Assembly (NCBI GenBank): GCA_965215565.1
Contig: CBDCDZ010000004.1
Span: 2,880,001-2,944,000, forward strand
Length of the DNA: 64,000 bases
DNA from: Trueperaceae bacterium
Lineage (GTDB): Bacteria; Deinococcota; Deinococci; Deinococcales; Trueperaceae
Direction: 5' to 3'
Within the stretch, counting starts at the first letter, position 1. Every line of letters starts with the position of its first letter. The notes beneath the pieces are model-generated. The model searched no databases. It was not told the origin of the DNA and saw only the letters and a list, made by a program, of their open reading frames with translations. The position numbers and the translations under genes were made by a program. This document shows positions 1 through 9,081 of the stretch, in pieces.

Positions 1-217
1 CAAAGACGGCAACCGCAACTATAAGGATAAGCTCGAGGGTATGCGTGTTGAATACTTGACCCGTGGTCCCGGTGGTGGAACCGGAACCCGCTCCAATACT
101 CAAAACAGTAACAGCGCGAATAGGAGCGCCCAGAGGGGTCAGGAACAACCCAGTCGTAAAAGTCCAGCTTTGGACATCGACGAGGAGTTTCCACCAGAAG
201 AGGATTTACCTTTCTAA
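1..217 (+). CDS. ssb: single-stranded DNA-binding protein, C-terminal part (5' end outside the window)
   Basis: Frame 2 reads ...KSPALDIDEEFPPEEDLPF* (TAA 215-217), the acidic SSB tail; it lies directly before rpsR-rplI. Confidence 0.93.
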   Translation, partial: KDGNRNYKDKLEGMRVEYLTRGPGGGTGTRSNTQNSNSANRSAQRGQEQPSRKSPALDIDEEFPPEEDLPF

Positions 218-502
218 ATGGCACAAGACAGAGGAAAACGAAGAGGCGGCGGCAAGGATGACCGCAGAGGCGGGCGCGGAAGACGCCGCCCTAAGGTCTG
301 CCCCTTTTGCACCGGCGAACAAGAAGTGACCGACTACCACGACGCGCGGATGCTGCGCCGCTTCATCTCCGACACGGCGAAAATCTTGCCGCGCCGCCGC
401 TCGGGAGTATGCGGAAAGCACCAGCGTAGACTCGCGACGACGATCAAGCGGGCGCGGATGTTGGCGATTATTCCGATTACGGAGAAACTGGTGCGCCGAT
501 GA
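218..502 (+). CDS. rpsR: 30S ribosomal protein S18 (zinc-binding form)
   Basis: CPFC...DYHD..MLRRFISDTAKILPRRRSGVCGKHQR..IKRAR; ssb-rpsR-rplI order. Confidence 0.97.
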   Translation: MAQDRGKRRGGGKDDRRGGRGRRRPKVCPFCTGEQEVTDYHDARMLRRFISDTAKILPRRRSGVCGKHQRRLATTIKRARMLAIIPITEKLVRR

Positions 503-553
503 AGCTCTTAGAGGTATCATCTATGAAGAAGCCTCAGAGGTATCATCTATGAA
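501..553 (+). repeat. imperfect 26-27 bp tandem duplication of the rplI ribosome-binding site and start
   Basis: GAAGCTCTTAGAGGTATCATCTATGAA (501-527) is followed by GAAGCCTCAGAGGTATCATCTATGAA (528-553). Confidence 0.9.
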
Positions 554-1106
554 CGTCATTCTACTTGAGCCCGTAGACAACTTAGGTGAAGCGGGCGAGA
601 TGGTCAATGTCAAGCCTGGCTACGCGCGCAACTATTTGGTGCCGCGCAGCTTGGCGCTGCCCGCTACCCAAGCGAACAAGGCGGAGCTTGACGCGCGGCT
701 TCAGCAGCGCGCCAAGCAACTCTCTGAACGCAAGTCCGACGCGGAGCGCCTCAAGGAGCTTTTGGGCGACGCTGGCGTCGAGATTCGCGTGCGTGCGGGC
801 GAAGAGCGCATCTACGGCTCGGTGGGCAACCGCGACGTCGCTGAGGCGGTAGAAAGCGCTTACGACGTCGAGATCGACCGCCGCAAGCTCGACCTCAGCG
901 AGCCGATTCGCACCTTAGGCGAATACATCATCACGTACAAGCCCCACCCGGATGTCCCGATCGACCTCAAGGTGCTCGTACTGAGCGACGACCCGAACGC
1001 GCCTAGACCGACTTCGGCGTCGAAGGCTGAACCCGCTGAGGTTGAGCAAGCTTCGGACGAAGTGGCTGCCGAGGCGAACGCCGAGAGCGAGCAAGAAGAA
1101 GCTTAA
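549..1106 (+). CDS. rplI: 50S ribosomal protein L9 with acidic C-terminal extension
   Basis: MNVILLEPVDNLGEAGEMVNVKPGYARNYLVP; IYGSV motif. Confidence 0.97.
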   Translation: MNVILLEPVDNLGEAGEMVNVKPGYARNYLVPRSLALPATQANKAELDARLQQRAKQLSERKSDAERLKELLGDAGVEIRVRAGEERIYGSVGNRDVAEAVESAYDVEIDRRKLDLSEPIRTLGEYIITYKPHPDVPIDLKVLVLSDDPNAPRPTSASKAEPAEVEQASDEVAAEANAESEQEEA

Positions 1107-1130
1107 TTGTTGAGCAAAGCTAGAGAGTAG

Positions 1131-1163
1131 GAAGAGGTCGCGCCGGGCGCGACCTCTTCTTTT
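1131..1163 (+). terminator. intrinsic terminator after rplI
   Basis: GAAGAGGTCGCGCC/GGCGCGACCTCTTC stem followed by a T-run. Confidence 0.85.
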
Positions 1164-1198
1164 GATGTAGGTTGCTGGTGCGAGGGCTCCTCGCTCGG

Positions 1199-1771
1199 TT
1201 AGCGCCCTCGAGCTGCCCAATCAACCGCATTGAAGCAGAACCGGTAGGTCTCACTGCAGGCTTCATCCTCAGAGTACGTGAACTTTGCGCCCAAAAAGAG
1301 GTTGCGCCCGCGCTCATCGCTCATAAACGCGGTGACTCTGCCGCTCGCGCCGCTGAATTCTGCGGTACCTTCAGTTGCCGTAAAGGTTGTGCTGACCGCT
1401 TCTCCATCAAACAGTGTCAAAGTGAGGGGGTAGTCGGCGCTCAAATTGTACGTTGCGCCCCGAGTCGCTTCTCTAGCGCCGCTGAACTCGAGCCGAAACC
1501 TCAACCCCACGTCTTCACGAGTTGCGAAAGTGAACCCCGCCGGGCTCACCTCTCTTGTAGCAAGCTCATCCGCACTGAAGTCGAAGTTACCCACCGCTGC
1601 ACCTGTGAGGTGCAAATTGAGTGAAGGTGTGCGGTAGGGCGCGGGCGGATTGATCTGTCCGAGTTGCCAAGTGCTAACGCCTACAGCAATGAGAAGAACG
1701 AGTGCGGCTAGGTTTGGTACGATCTTTGGGCTGAATAAAAACCTGGATTTTGCGACCGGATTGAGTTTCAT
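1199..1771 (-). CDS. hypothetical membrane-anchored protein, divergent from the LysR regulator
   Basis: ATG at 1771 is preceded by GGAGG; one hydrophobic N-terminal helix followed by a beta-rich domain. Confidence 0.7.
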   Translation of the reverse strand: MKLNPVAKSRFLFSPKIVPNLAALVLLIAVGVSTWQLGQINPPAPYRTPSLNLHLTGAAVGNFDFSADELATREVSPAGFTFATREDVGLRFRLEFSGAREATRGATYNLSADYPLTLTLFDGEAVSTTFTATEGTAEFSGASGRVTAFMSDERGRNLFLGAKFTYSEDEACSETYRFCFNAVDWAARGR

Positions 1772-1910
1772 GTCCGACCTCCTTACTCGCAGGTTAAGAG
1801 GTCGTGCGCGGAGAATCAAAAGCCTTTGGCGTTAGATGCGAGTCTATTTATCCGATTTTTCGATGGACGCACTATACCCGTGTATCACGCTGAATGCGCT
1901 AGACTGAGGG

Positions 1911-2852
1911 ATGAAACTCCAGCAGCTTAGAGCGTTACTCGCCGTCATAGAAGCGGAGAGTTTCTCCGAAGCAGCTCTGGATTTGGGCGTCGCGCAGTCC
2001 AGCTTGAGCTACGCCGTCGCGGAGTTGGAACGCGAACTCGGTGTGAAGCTTTTGCAACGGGGGCGTTTCGGCGCGGAGCCTACCAAGATTGGTACTAAAA
2101 TCGCCGCTCACGCGAGAAGCGTGGTGAAGCTGTCCGAGGTCATTCAGCAAGAAGCGGACCTCTCCAAAGGTGAGGTCAAGGGGACGCTCACCGTGGCTAC
2201 GTTTCGCAGCGCCGCCGGGAAGATTATCCCCAAAGCCATTACGCTATTGAGGCGTGACTATCCTCACCTGAGTGTGCGTTTTATAGAGCGAGATAACGAA
2301 GGTTCAGATGGCAACGCGAAGCGGCAGATGGTCCGTGATCACCTCGCCGACATTGCGTTTGTAGAGAGCGCTGAGGACGATAGCTTACTCGCCTGGGAGC
2401 TTATGCGCGACCCTTACCGCGCTCTGCTCCACGAAAGCGACCCGCGCACGACCCTCGCCTGGTCTGACCTACCGCAAACGTCCTTTATCCTCTCTGACTG
2501 TAACACCTGCGGTAACCACGTCCAGAGGTACGCGCGTGAGCTGAACCTCGAGTTAGAGCCTGCATACAGCGTGCAAGGGGATTCAACAGTCTTGCGCCTA
2601 GTCTCGGAAGGCTTAGGCGTCGGCGTCCTACCCGAATTTGCGATTGATGAATTGCCCAGTAATGTAAAAGTTGTGCCACTAGACAGCCCTTTAGAGCGCG
2701 TTATTTACGTCGCTACCCTGCCCAGCAACCTAAAAATTCCGGCGGTGAGGGTCTTTCTCAACGTGCTCAAAACGCAGTTTCCTGAAAGTGAGTTGCCGAG
2801 GTTCGGGGCGCATAGTCTCTATGGCAAAGAAGTTGAACAGCAAAGAGGTTGA
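1911..2852 (+). CDS. LysR family transcriptional regulator
   Basis: N-terminal HTH SFSEAALDLGVAQSSLSYAVAELERELGVKLL; LysR substrate-binding domain. Confidence 0.96.
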   Translation: MKLQQLRALLAVIEAESFSEAALDLGVAQSSLSYAVAELERELGVKLLQRGRFGAEPTKIGTKIAAHARSVVKLSEVIQQEADLSKGEVKGTLTVATFRSAAGKIIPKAITLLRRDYPHLSVRFIERDNEGSDGNAKRQMVRDHLADIAFVESAEDDSLLAWELMRDPYRALLHESDPRTTLAWSDLPQTSFILSDCNTCGNHVQRYARELNLELEPAYSVQGDSTVLRLVSEGLGVGVLPEFAIDELPSNVKVVPLDSPLERVIYVATLPSNLKIPAVRVFLNVLKTQFPESELPRFGAHSLYGKEVEQQRG

Positions 2853-2862
2853 AAGATGCACA

Positions 2863-2895
2863 AAAAGAAGCTCGAGCTTGGCTCGAGCTTCTTTT
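2863..2895. terminator. bidirectional intrinsic terminator
   Basis: AAAAGAAGCTCGAGC-TTG-GCTCGAGCTTCTTTT between convergent genes. Confidence 0.85.
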
Positions 2896-2912
2896 CGTCA
2901 GTCAGACAAACT

Positions 2913-3485
2913 TTAGAAGTGGTAGTTCGCGCCTAAGCCTAAGCGAATAGGGATAGCTAGACCGCCGACGCTCGTCTGTGTACCCGCGACGACGCCGCCG
3001 CCGAAGCCGAAGCCTAGACCTAAGCCTAGTTCACCGAAGAGGCTGATGCTAGGGTCAAGTCTGTAGTTGACACCGCCCACACCCGTCACGTCGAAGGCGA
3101 AGTAGTTGTAGCCTACGGTATTGACCGAGCCGGTGATATAGCCGATGCTAGGTCCACCGCCCGCATATAGGGTGAACTCGTCGTCATCACCGAACGTCGT
3201 GATGTCATGTAGCGAGTCAGCGCCCACGACAAAGTTGAAGCCGAAAAGCGGCTGCAAAGCGAGTCTAAAGCGTAAGTCGCCCCCTAAAAAAGCGTCTTGC
3301 AAGCCGTAGTAGCCCTGCAAAAGCGGGAAGCCGAGCGACCCGCCCGCATACTGCGTCGTGCCGAACGGACCTGCTTGCGCTGAGACCGCCAAGTCGCTCG
3401 CGTCGACGTCATCATCTTCTTGAGCGAACGCCGCCCCCAGACTTAGAACCGCGACGCTCAGTAGTACAACCAAAAGTTTATGCAT
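2913..3485 (-). CDS. outer-membrane beta-barrel protein
   Basis: Signal peptide (AAFA-Q), amphipathic beta strands, C-terminal GANYHF beta-signal. Confidence 0.8.
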   Translation of the reverse strand: MHKLLVVLLSVAVLSLGAAFAQEDDDVDASDLAVSAQAGPFGTTQYAGGSLGFPLLQGYYGLQDAFLGGDLRFRLALQPLFGFNFVVGADSLHDITTFGDDDEFTLYAGGGPSIGYITGSVNTVGYNYFAFDVTGVGGVNYRLDPSISLFGELGLGLGFGFGGGVVAGTQTSVGGLAIPIRLGLGANYHF

Positions 3486-3734
3486 ATATCTTACTCCCTC
3501 CGAGTTTTAAGTGAGAAATTTTAGATATTCCCCACGCTGTCGCCTTTATAACACGCACTTTCGTCACGCCACAAGTAGGACGAACTACAACTTTTGTAAG
3601 TCGGGTTTACAATCTAGGGATCATTCAGACCCAAGATGGCTCTGTCAGCGTGTATCTCTGGAGGCAACGCACGTAATCTCTGTCTCAGATAAGATGGGCG
3701 ATATCCTCCACAAAGTTCGCCGAGACAGTTCTAA

Positions 3735-3865
3735 TAGCAGGTATCATCTGGTTTGAGTGTACGAAGTTGTGCGAAGCAACACGCTCACCGTATAAAACGA
3801 TGTCCAACACGCACATTGTGAGATGATACCTGCGACATTTTGTCTCAGTATGTCTTGGAACTGCT
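3735..3865 (+). repeat. dispersed intergenic repeat (MITE/REPIN-like), copy 1
   Basis: TAGCAGGTATCATCTGGT...ACGCTCAC...ACACGCAC...AGATGATACCTGC...CTCAGTATGT..TGGAACTGCT. Confidence 0.85.
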
Positions 3866-4060
3866 TTAAGAAGTTCTCGGTTCTTTACGAATGGCAAAGG
3901 CGTAAAAGCAAAACGATACCTGCACGCGGACCGAGGGTAAGTCACAACTATTTTCACCATCCTTAACAGTCCGCCCAACTCTGAAATTATCTAAGCTCTT
4001 AGGTGGCACAGAACGCTTGAGAAGGACTCGAGCCTGAGGTCAACTAGGGAGGAACACATC

Positions 4061-4561
4061 ATGAATACGTATTGGTTAAATAGGATGGGTCTCGGCATTA
4101 TCCTCGTACTAGGTTTGGGCGCTTGCAGCATGTCCAATACAGGAGATGAGGTGGACGCGCAACTCAATACGGGCTACTTCACAGCGCGAAATGTAGAGGC
4201 GGATGCTTGTCTTAGGCTTAACCAGAGTACGAGGAAAGTCACAACTGGGACGTGTGATAGAAATGACCCGGAGAAGCTTTGGCGCTTCACAGAACAAGAA
4301 GCTAGAACTGTTTCGCGTAATGGTCCTGTCACTATGACTAAGACCGTTTTGCAGAGTCGCCTCGGTAATTGCTTATGGTCGGGAGGAAGTACATGGATAA
4401 GATGTAGTGATGAATCTGCAGGTGATGCTATATACCGTGATAACGGCAATAGAACGATCCTTAATAGTTCAGGGAAATGTCTAACTTGGACGAGAGGCAG
4501 AGCCTCAACATCTTTTCAATCATGTACGGGTAGCAACGCTCAGCAGTGGGTTCTGAACTGA
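4061..4561 (+). CDS. lipoprotein with ricin-B lectin-like (beta-trefoil) domain
   Basis: Lipobox LGAC; repeated C-L...C...(Q/K)xW units ending NAQQWVLN; GGAGG RBS. Confidence 0.75.
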   Translation: MNTYWLNRMGLGIILVLGLGACSMSNTGDEVDAQLNTGYFTARNVEADACLRLNQSTRKVTTGTCDRNDPEKLWRFTEQEARTVSRNGPVTMTKTVLQSRLGNCLWSGGSTWIRCSDESAGDAIYRDNGNRTILNSSGKCLTWTRGRASTSFQSCTGSNAQQWVLN

Positions 4562-4660
4562 GCGAGCACCCGCAAATTTGCTTAGGGTTGTTTCCCTACC
4601 GTTTACAGTATGAGCGTATCCTACTAAACTCGGTACCCCGTCCGTTCGCGGCGGGGTTTC

Positions 4661-5011
4661 TTACTCTTCGCGGCTGCGCTCGAGGTAGCGCCGCTTGACC
4701 TCTCGAGGCTGAGGCGTCGCGCGGTTACAAAGCGGCAGGTCTCCCCAGCGCACCCTATACGCCTCTATGTGCGCCGCCTCGTCCGCTTGCGGCACGCGGC
4801 TATAGGTGTAGCGCCAGTAGTGAGCGCGCTCGGCGATACAGGCGTTTTTAGCGAGGTGCTGACGGACGCGGTTAGGAACGTCTCTGGCCGACTGACCGAT
4901 ATAGATCGTCCGTTTCTCCTCGTTAGCGAGTTCGTACACGCCGGGCATCGCGTCGCGCCCACGTTGCGCAGGCAGCGCGCTCAGCTTGCGCCAGCGTGCG
5001 CTAATCGGCAT
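4661..5011 (-). CDS. small GIY-YIG nuclease family protein
   Basis: PGVYEL...IYIGQS..VPNRVRQH...E...LPLCN; ATG at 5011. Confidence 0.8.
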   Translation of the reverse strand: MPISARWRKLSALPAQRGRDAMPGVYELANEEKRTIYIGQSARDVPNRVRQHLAKNACIAERAHYWRYTYSRVPQADEAAHIEAYRVRWGDLPLCNRATPQPREVKRRYLERSREE

Positions 5012-5182
5012 ATTGGCGGGGCTCGAAACTTGGTGAGCGAACACTGCACGCCAAAGTTCCAACCAAATAGGGCGTAATGCGCCGCAGCGCAGCGCTAGGT
5101 ACTGCAGTGCTAGGTACCAGAGAGGACCTCTTCACGGCTAGGTCCGCACCCTCATCATCCTGCCCTCATCATTTTGCTGTGA

Positions 5183-6094
5183 CTAATTCTCATAGCCGAG
5201 TTCGCGTAGCGCCTCGGGGTCTTCGCGCCACGCCTTGTGGACGACTACCTCTAAGTCCAGGTAGATTTTCTCGCCGACGAAAATCTCTAGCTGCTTGCGC
5301 GCCGTGCGTCCAATTTCACGGATCATACTGCCACCCTTGCCCAACACGATCATGCGGTGGTTGCTCCTCTCCACCCAGATTTCCGCCAGGATATAGAGGG
5401 GTTTGCCCTCCTCCTCTGGCTCGCGCACCTCGAGAACTTGCACGGCGACGGCGTAGGGAAGCTCTTGGCGCAGGTGGGTCATGGCGCTCTCGCGGATGAG
5501 TTCGCCCAGCCAGTCCTCTCGCGTTTGGTCACTACGAATATTTGCAGGAAAGAAAAAAGGACCTTCGGGCAGTTCGGTGAACAGGTCTTCGCGGAGCGCG
5601 TAGACGGCTTCAGGGTCATCTAGAGCGCTGAGGCTATAAACTTTGCTGACGCTAGGCAAGAGGTCTTGGTAGAGGTTGAGCGCCTCCTCTGGATACTTCG
5701 CCACGTCGAGCTTGTTGCCGATAAGGTAGATGGGCGTTGCCGGGTCGATGCCTTGCAGGAGCCGCGCCACCTCTTTGTCTTCATCATTAGGAGGTCTGCG
5801 CAAGTCCACGAGCCACAAGATGCGGTCGACGTCGGTAATCGCCGTTCTCACCTCGCGGTTCATATAGTCGCCTAGCGCGTCCTGGGCGCGGTGATAGCCC
5901 GGCGTATCTACGAAGATGAGCTGTCGGTCTCCCTCGCTGTAGACGCCCCGCACGCCGCGCCGAGTGGTCTGCGGTTTGGAGGTAATCGGCGCGACTTTAA
6001 CGCCTAAAAGCGTATTGAGCAAAGTGGATTTGCCGACGTTGGGCTTGCCCAGAATGGCGACGAACCCCGAATAGGTGATCTCTGAGTCAGACAT
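5183..6094 (-). CDS. era: GTPase Era
   Basis: GKPNVGKST, PQTTR, DTPG, NKLD and KH-domain VLGKGG; ATG at 6094 with GAGGAG RBS. Confidence 0.97.
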   Translation of the reverse strand: MSDSEITYSGFVAILGKPNVGKSTLLNTLLGVKVAPITSKPQTTRRGVRGVYSEGDRQLIFVDTPGYHRAQDALGDYMNREVRTAITDVDRILWLVDLRRPPNDEDKEVARLLQGIDPATPIYLIGNKLDVAKYPEEALNLYQDLLPSVSKVYSLSALDDPEAVYALREDLFTELPEGPFFFPANIRSDQTREDWLGELIRESAMTHLRQELPYAVAVQVLEVREPEEEGKPLYILAEIWVERSNHRMIVLGKGGSMIREIGRTARKQLEIFVGEKIYLDLEVVVHKAWREDPEALRELGYEN

Positions 6095-6114
6095 AGTGCT
6101 CCTCAAGCTTGATT

Positions 6115-6243
6115 TAGCAGGTATCATCTGGTCAGCTACACCCTTACTAAAGAGAACATCGTTTCCTTCGGCAAACTTCGTAATTAGCACGCACTCTAGA
6201 TGATATCTGCGAAGAAGTGTAGCAACGATAAGTGGAACTGCTA
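6115..6243 (+). repeat. dispersed intergenic repeat, copy 2
   Basis: TAGCAGGTATCATCTGGTC...GCACGCAC..AGATGATATCTGC...GGAACTGCTA. Confidence 0.85.
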
Positions 6244-6253
6244 ATTACCTCAT

Positions 6254-6292
6254 AAAAAAAGACCCATGAGCGAAAACGCTTAGGGTCTTTTT
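6254..6292 (-). terminator. terminator downstream of tRNA-fMet
   Basis: AAAAAAAGACCC-ATGAGCG-AAAA-CGCTTA-GGGTCTTTTT hairpin. Confidence 0.8.
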
Positions 6293-6298
6293 CTGTAT

Positions 6299-6375
<77 letters not shown>

Positions 6376-6624
6376 ACGCAGCAAAAATAAGCTTACTACT
6401 TCATGGCCGCGTCTGTCAAGGTGCAATAAACTTAGAGGTTCTGTGGCTGCGCTTAGCTGAGAAAGACCGCCACCCGGCGGCGGATCATCTAACGCAGTTA
6501 TCGGTGGTGCGGGGTTCGCTAGAGGTTTCATTCCGGTGGGCATCACATGCTCGAGTGCTGTCAAGGCGTAGCGTTGCAAGCTTCCTCGACTCGGGCACCG
6601 GTCTATTTCGCCCGAATCAGTCTA

Positions 6625-6739
6625 TATAGCGATTATCAGAAGTACTGAGCTTGAATCACGCAGGTATCATCACCGAAAGTGCGTGCTAGACGATAGTGTA
6701 TCTCGTGAGATTGGCTCAAACCAGATGATACCTGCTATA
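6625..6739 (-). repeat. dispersed intergenic repeat, copy 3 (reverse orientation)
   Basis: TATAGC...GCAGGTATCATC...GTGCGTGC...AAACCAGATGATACCTGCTATA. Confidence 0.85.
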
Positions 6740-7164
6740 TTTGCCTGAAAAATGGCAGATATACCGCCGCACCCTTCAAAAACGCAATTTTTACGGGATA
6801 TGGCTGTGAATTTAGTGACTTCCCACATTGTCTATGAGAGCGATTTTTCGTGTCATTAGCCGCTTAACCCCCTCCCTGATGGAGTTTTATGGGATGTGGC
6901 TAATAATCTACACAAAAACCCTTAACAATTTTAATAATTGCCCGCGTTAGGTTTGTAGACAACTGAGGACGGCCTCCCCTCAGAAATCCACAACGTACCT
7001 ACTCGTAACATAGCGCAATCAAGTTACAACCTGTTTAGGTGCAAATACGCAAGTCGTCAAAGGTTCGAAAGAAATTTCGTAAACCCGTAGATGGGTTGCG
7101 GTTCAGGGCGGCTGGTTAAACCAGTCACATTCCATAAAGCTGGGCAGCAGAAAGAGAGTCATTT

Positions 7165-8835
7165 ATGAAGGCAAAGCCACCTACAACGTCATGTGCCGCT
7201 AGAGGGCAGGGAAAGCTAAGCTTACTTGCCGTAGGTGTCGTGTTATTCCTCGCTGCGTGTAGTAGCGGTTTAGAGGGAGACCTACCCGACTTAGAGGCGA
7301 ACGCCTCCACGAAAACAGCCGAGTCGCGCGTTTCGTCCTACAGCGACAACGCTGAGGAGAGAACCTCGGGCTTAGTGATTAACAGCAGTACAGACCTAGA
7401 ACTTACGCACGACGTGGAGCGCGGTCAGCAGCTCCTCGGTCTGCGTTTCAACAACGTCAAGGTGCCGCGCGGCGCAGATATTAAGGATGCGTACATTCAG
7501 TTCAAAGCGGACGAGGCGGACTCGGGGTCTGTCAAGGTGCGCATCTACGCGCACGATACAGACGACGCCTCAGGTTTTTCGCAGGGCTACAACAGCGGCA
7601 TCTCCAAGCGGAGCAAGACCTCCAAGTCGGTAAGCTGGAGCATCGACTCTTGGAAAAAGCGCGGCGAGCGCGGTAGCAAGCAGCGCACCCCCGATATCGA
7701 CGACGTCGTTCAAGAGGTCACGGACCGCAAAGGGTGGGACTACGGCAACTCGTTGGCGTTCATCATCTCAGGTAGCGACAAGAATGACCGGCGCGTCGCC
7801 GAGTCTTACCGCGGCGATAAGGGTGGTGCACCTCAACTCGTCATCAAGTATAGTGGCGGCGAGAGCGGGTCCCGCTCAGCGCCGGTCAGCTCTGGACCCA
7901 AAGTGGGCAGCGGCGACGCCGACTACTACGTCTCGCCTAGCGGCAGCGACAGCAACAGCGGCTCGAAGAACAGGCCCCTCAAAACGCTCTATAAAGTCTC
8001 GCAGGTAGTTAAACCCGGCGACACGGTCTTCTTACGCGGCGGCACCTATAGAGGGAAGTACCAAACCTACGTCGGCTACGACCGCGGAGCCTTCAAAAGA
8101 GACGGCAAAAAAGGCAAGCCGATTACCATCATGAGCTACCCCGGCGAGCGGGCCGTTGTCGACGGCAGCCTCCGCAGCTACAAGCAGTACAAGAGTTTGT
8201 GTAGCCCCTCCCTCTTTAAGATCACGGCGGACTACTACGTCGTTAAGAACATCACCTTTAAGAATAGCGCCGGTCGCGGTCTATATCTGAGAGGTAAGGG
8301 CAACGTTGTCGACGGCGTCAAGTCGTACGACAACCACTGTGACGGCATCTACATGTCCGGCAGCAACAACCGCGCCGAAAACTTCGAGTCTTACAACAAC
8401 TACAGCAAGCAGAACGACGGCGACTCGGCGGACGGCATCAAGATGCTCGGCGGTTCCGACAACGTCATCAGAAACTGCCTCGTCTACAAGAACTCCGACG
8501 ACGGCATTGACATCTGGGATACGAAGAAGACGCTCGTCGAGAACTGCACCGCTAACGACAACGGCAGAGGCAAGACGGGCGACGCGAACGGACTCAAGTT
8601 GGGCTCTAGCAGCTCCAAGAACACCGGCAACGTAGCGCGCAACAACAAAGCTGAGGGCAACCGGATCAACTTTACGACGAACGGCAGCACGGGCGTCACC
8701 TTGACCGGCAACATCTCTCGCGGCGCGGACTCCGTAGGCTTTAGCATCGGTAAGGGCAACAAAGCGTGCGACAACAAGAGCTATAGCGAGCGGAACTCTG
8801 TAAACTACAACCGAGGGTGTGGTAATAGCTGGTAA
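7165..8835 (+). CDS. secreted lipoprotein with N-terminal beta-sandwich and right-handed parallel beta-helix (PL9/pectate-lyase-like) domain
   Basis: Lipobox LAAC; YYVSPSGSDSNSGS...PGDTVFLRGGTY; ADG, NSDDGID and GDANGLKLG motifs typical of PL9-like proteins. Confidence 0.8.
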   Translation: MKAKPPTTSCAARGQGKLSLLAVGVVLFLAACSSGLEGDLPDLEANASTKTAESRVSSYSDNAEERTSGLVINSSTDLELTHDVERGQQLLGLRFNNVKVPRGADIKDAYIQFKADEADSGSVKVRIYAHDTDDASGFSQGYNSGISKRSKTSKSVSWSIDSWKKRGERGSKQRTPDIDDVVQEVTDRKGWDYGNSLAFIISGSDKNDRRVAESYRGDKGGAPQLVIKYSGGESGSRSAPVSSGPKVGSGDADYYVSPSGSDSNSGSKNRPLKTLYKVSQVVKPGDTVFLRGGTYRGKYQTYVGYDRGAFKRDGKKGKPITIMSYPGERAVVDGSLRSYKQYKSLCSPSLFKITADYYVVKNITFKNSAGRGLYLRGKGNVVDGVKSYDNHCDGIYMSGSNNRAENFESYNNYSKQNDGDSADGIKMLGGSDNVIRNCLVYKNSDDGIDIWDTKKTLVENCTANDNGRGKTGDANGLKLGSSSSKNTGNVARNNKAEGNRINFTTNGSTGVTLTGNISRGADSVGFSIGKGNKACDNKSYSERNSVNYNRGCGNSW

Positions 8836-8864
8836 CTAACTGCAAAGCTAAACTCATCAGAAGC

Positions 8865-8901
8865 AAGAAAGAGCGAGTGGGTCTTCCACTCGCTCTTTCT
8901 T
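8865..8901. terminator. intrinsic terminator
   Basis: AAGAAAGAGCGAGTGG-GTCTT-CCACTCGCTCTTTCTT, a perfect 16-bp stem. Confidence 0.85.
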
Positions 8902-8931
8902 ATTCATACTAGCTCTGACAGTTGTGCGAAA

Positions 8932-9070
8932 TATAGCAAGTATCATAATTACTGGTCTTGAATCACGCAGATATCATCACAATCAAGTGCGTGCTCGTCG
9001 ATGTTCTCCAGAGTGAGATTGGCTCAAACCAGCTCCGAGCTTTGCGAGACAGATTTTGATACCTGCTATA
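8932..9070 (-). repeat. dispersed intergenic repeat, copy 4 (reverse orientation, with ~24-bp internal insertion)
   Basis: TATAGC...TTGAATCACGCAGATATCATC...GTGCGTGC...GTGAGATTGGCTCAAACCAG[insert]TGATACCTGCTATA; closest to copy 3. Confidence 0.85.
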
Positions 9071-9081
9071 GAACCGAGAAA

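Noticed and set aside
3511..3978. Short ORFs 3511-3756 and 3685-3978
   Set aside because: They overlap the dispersed repeat, have no RBS and show no recognisable motifs.
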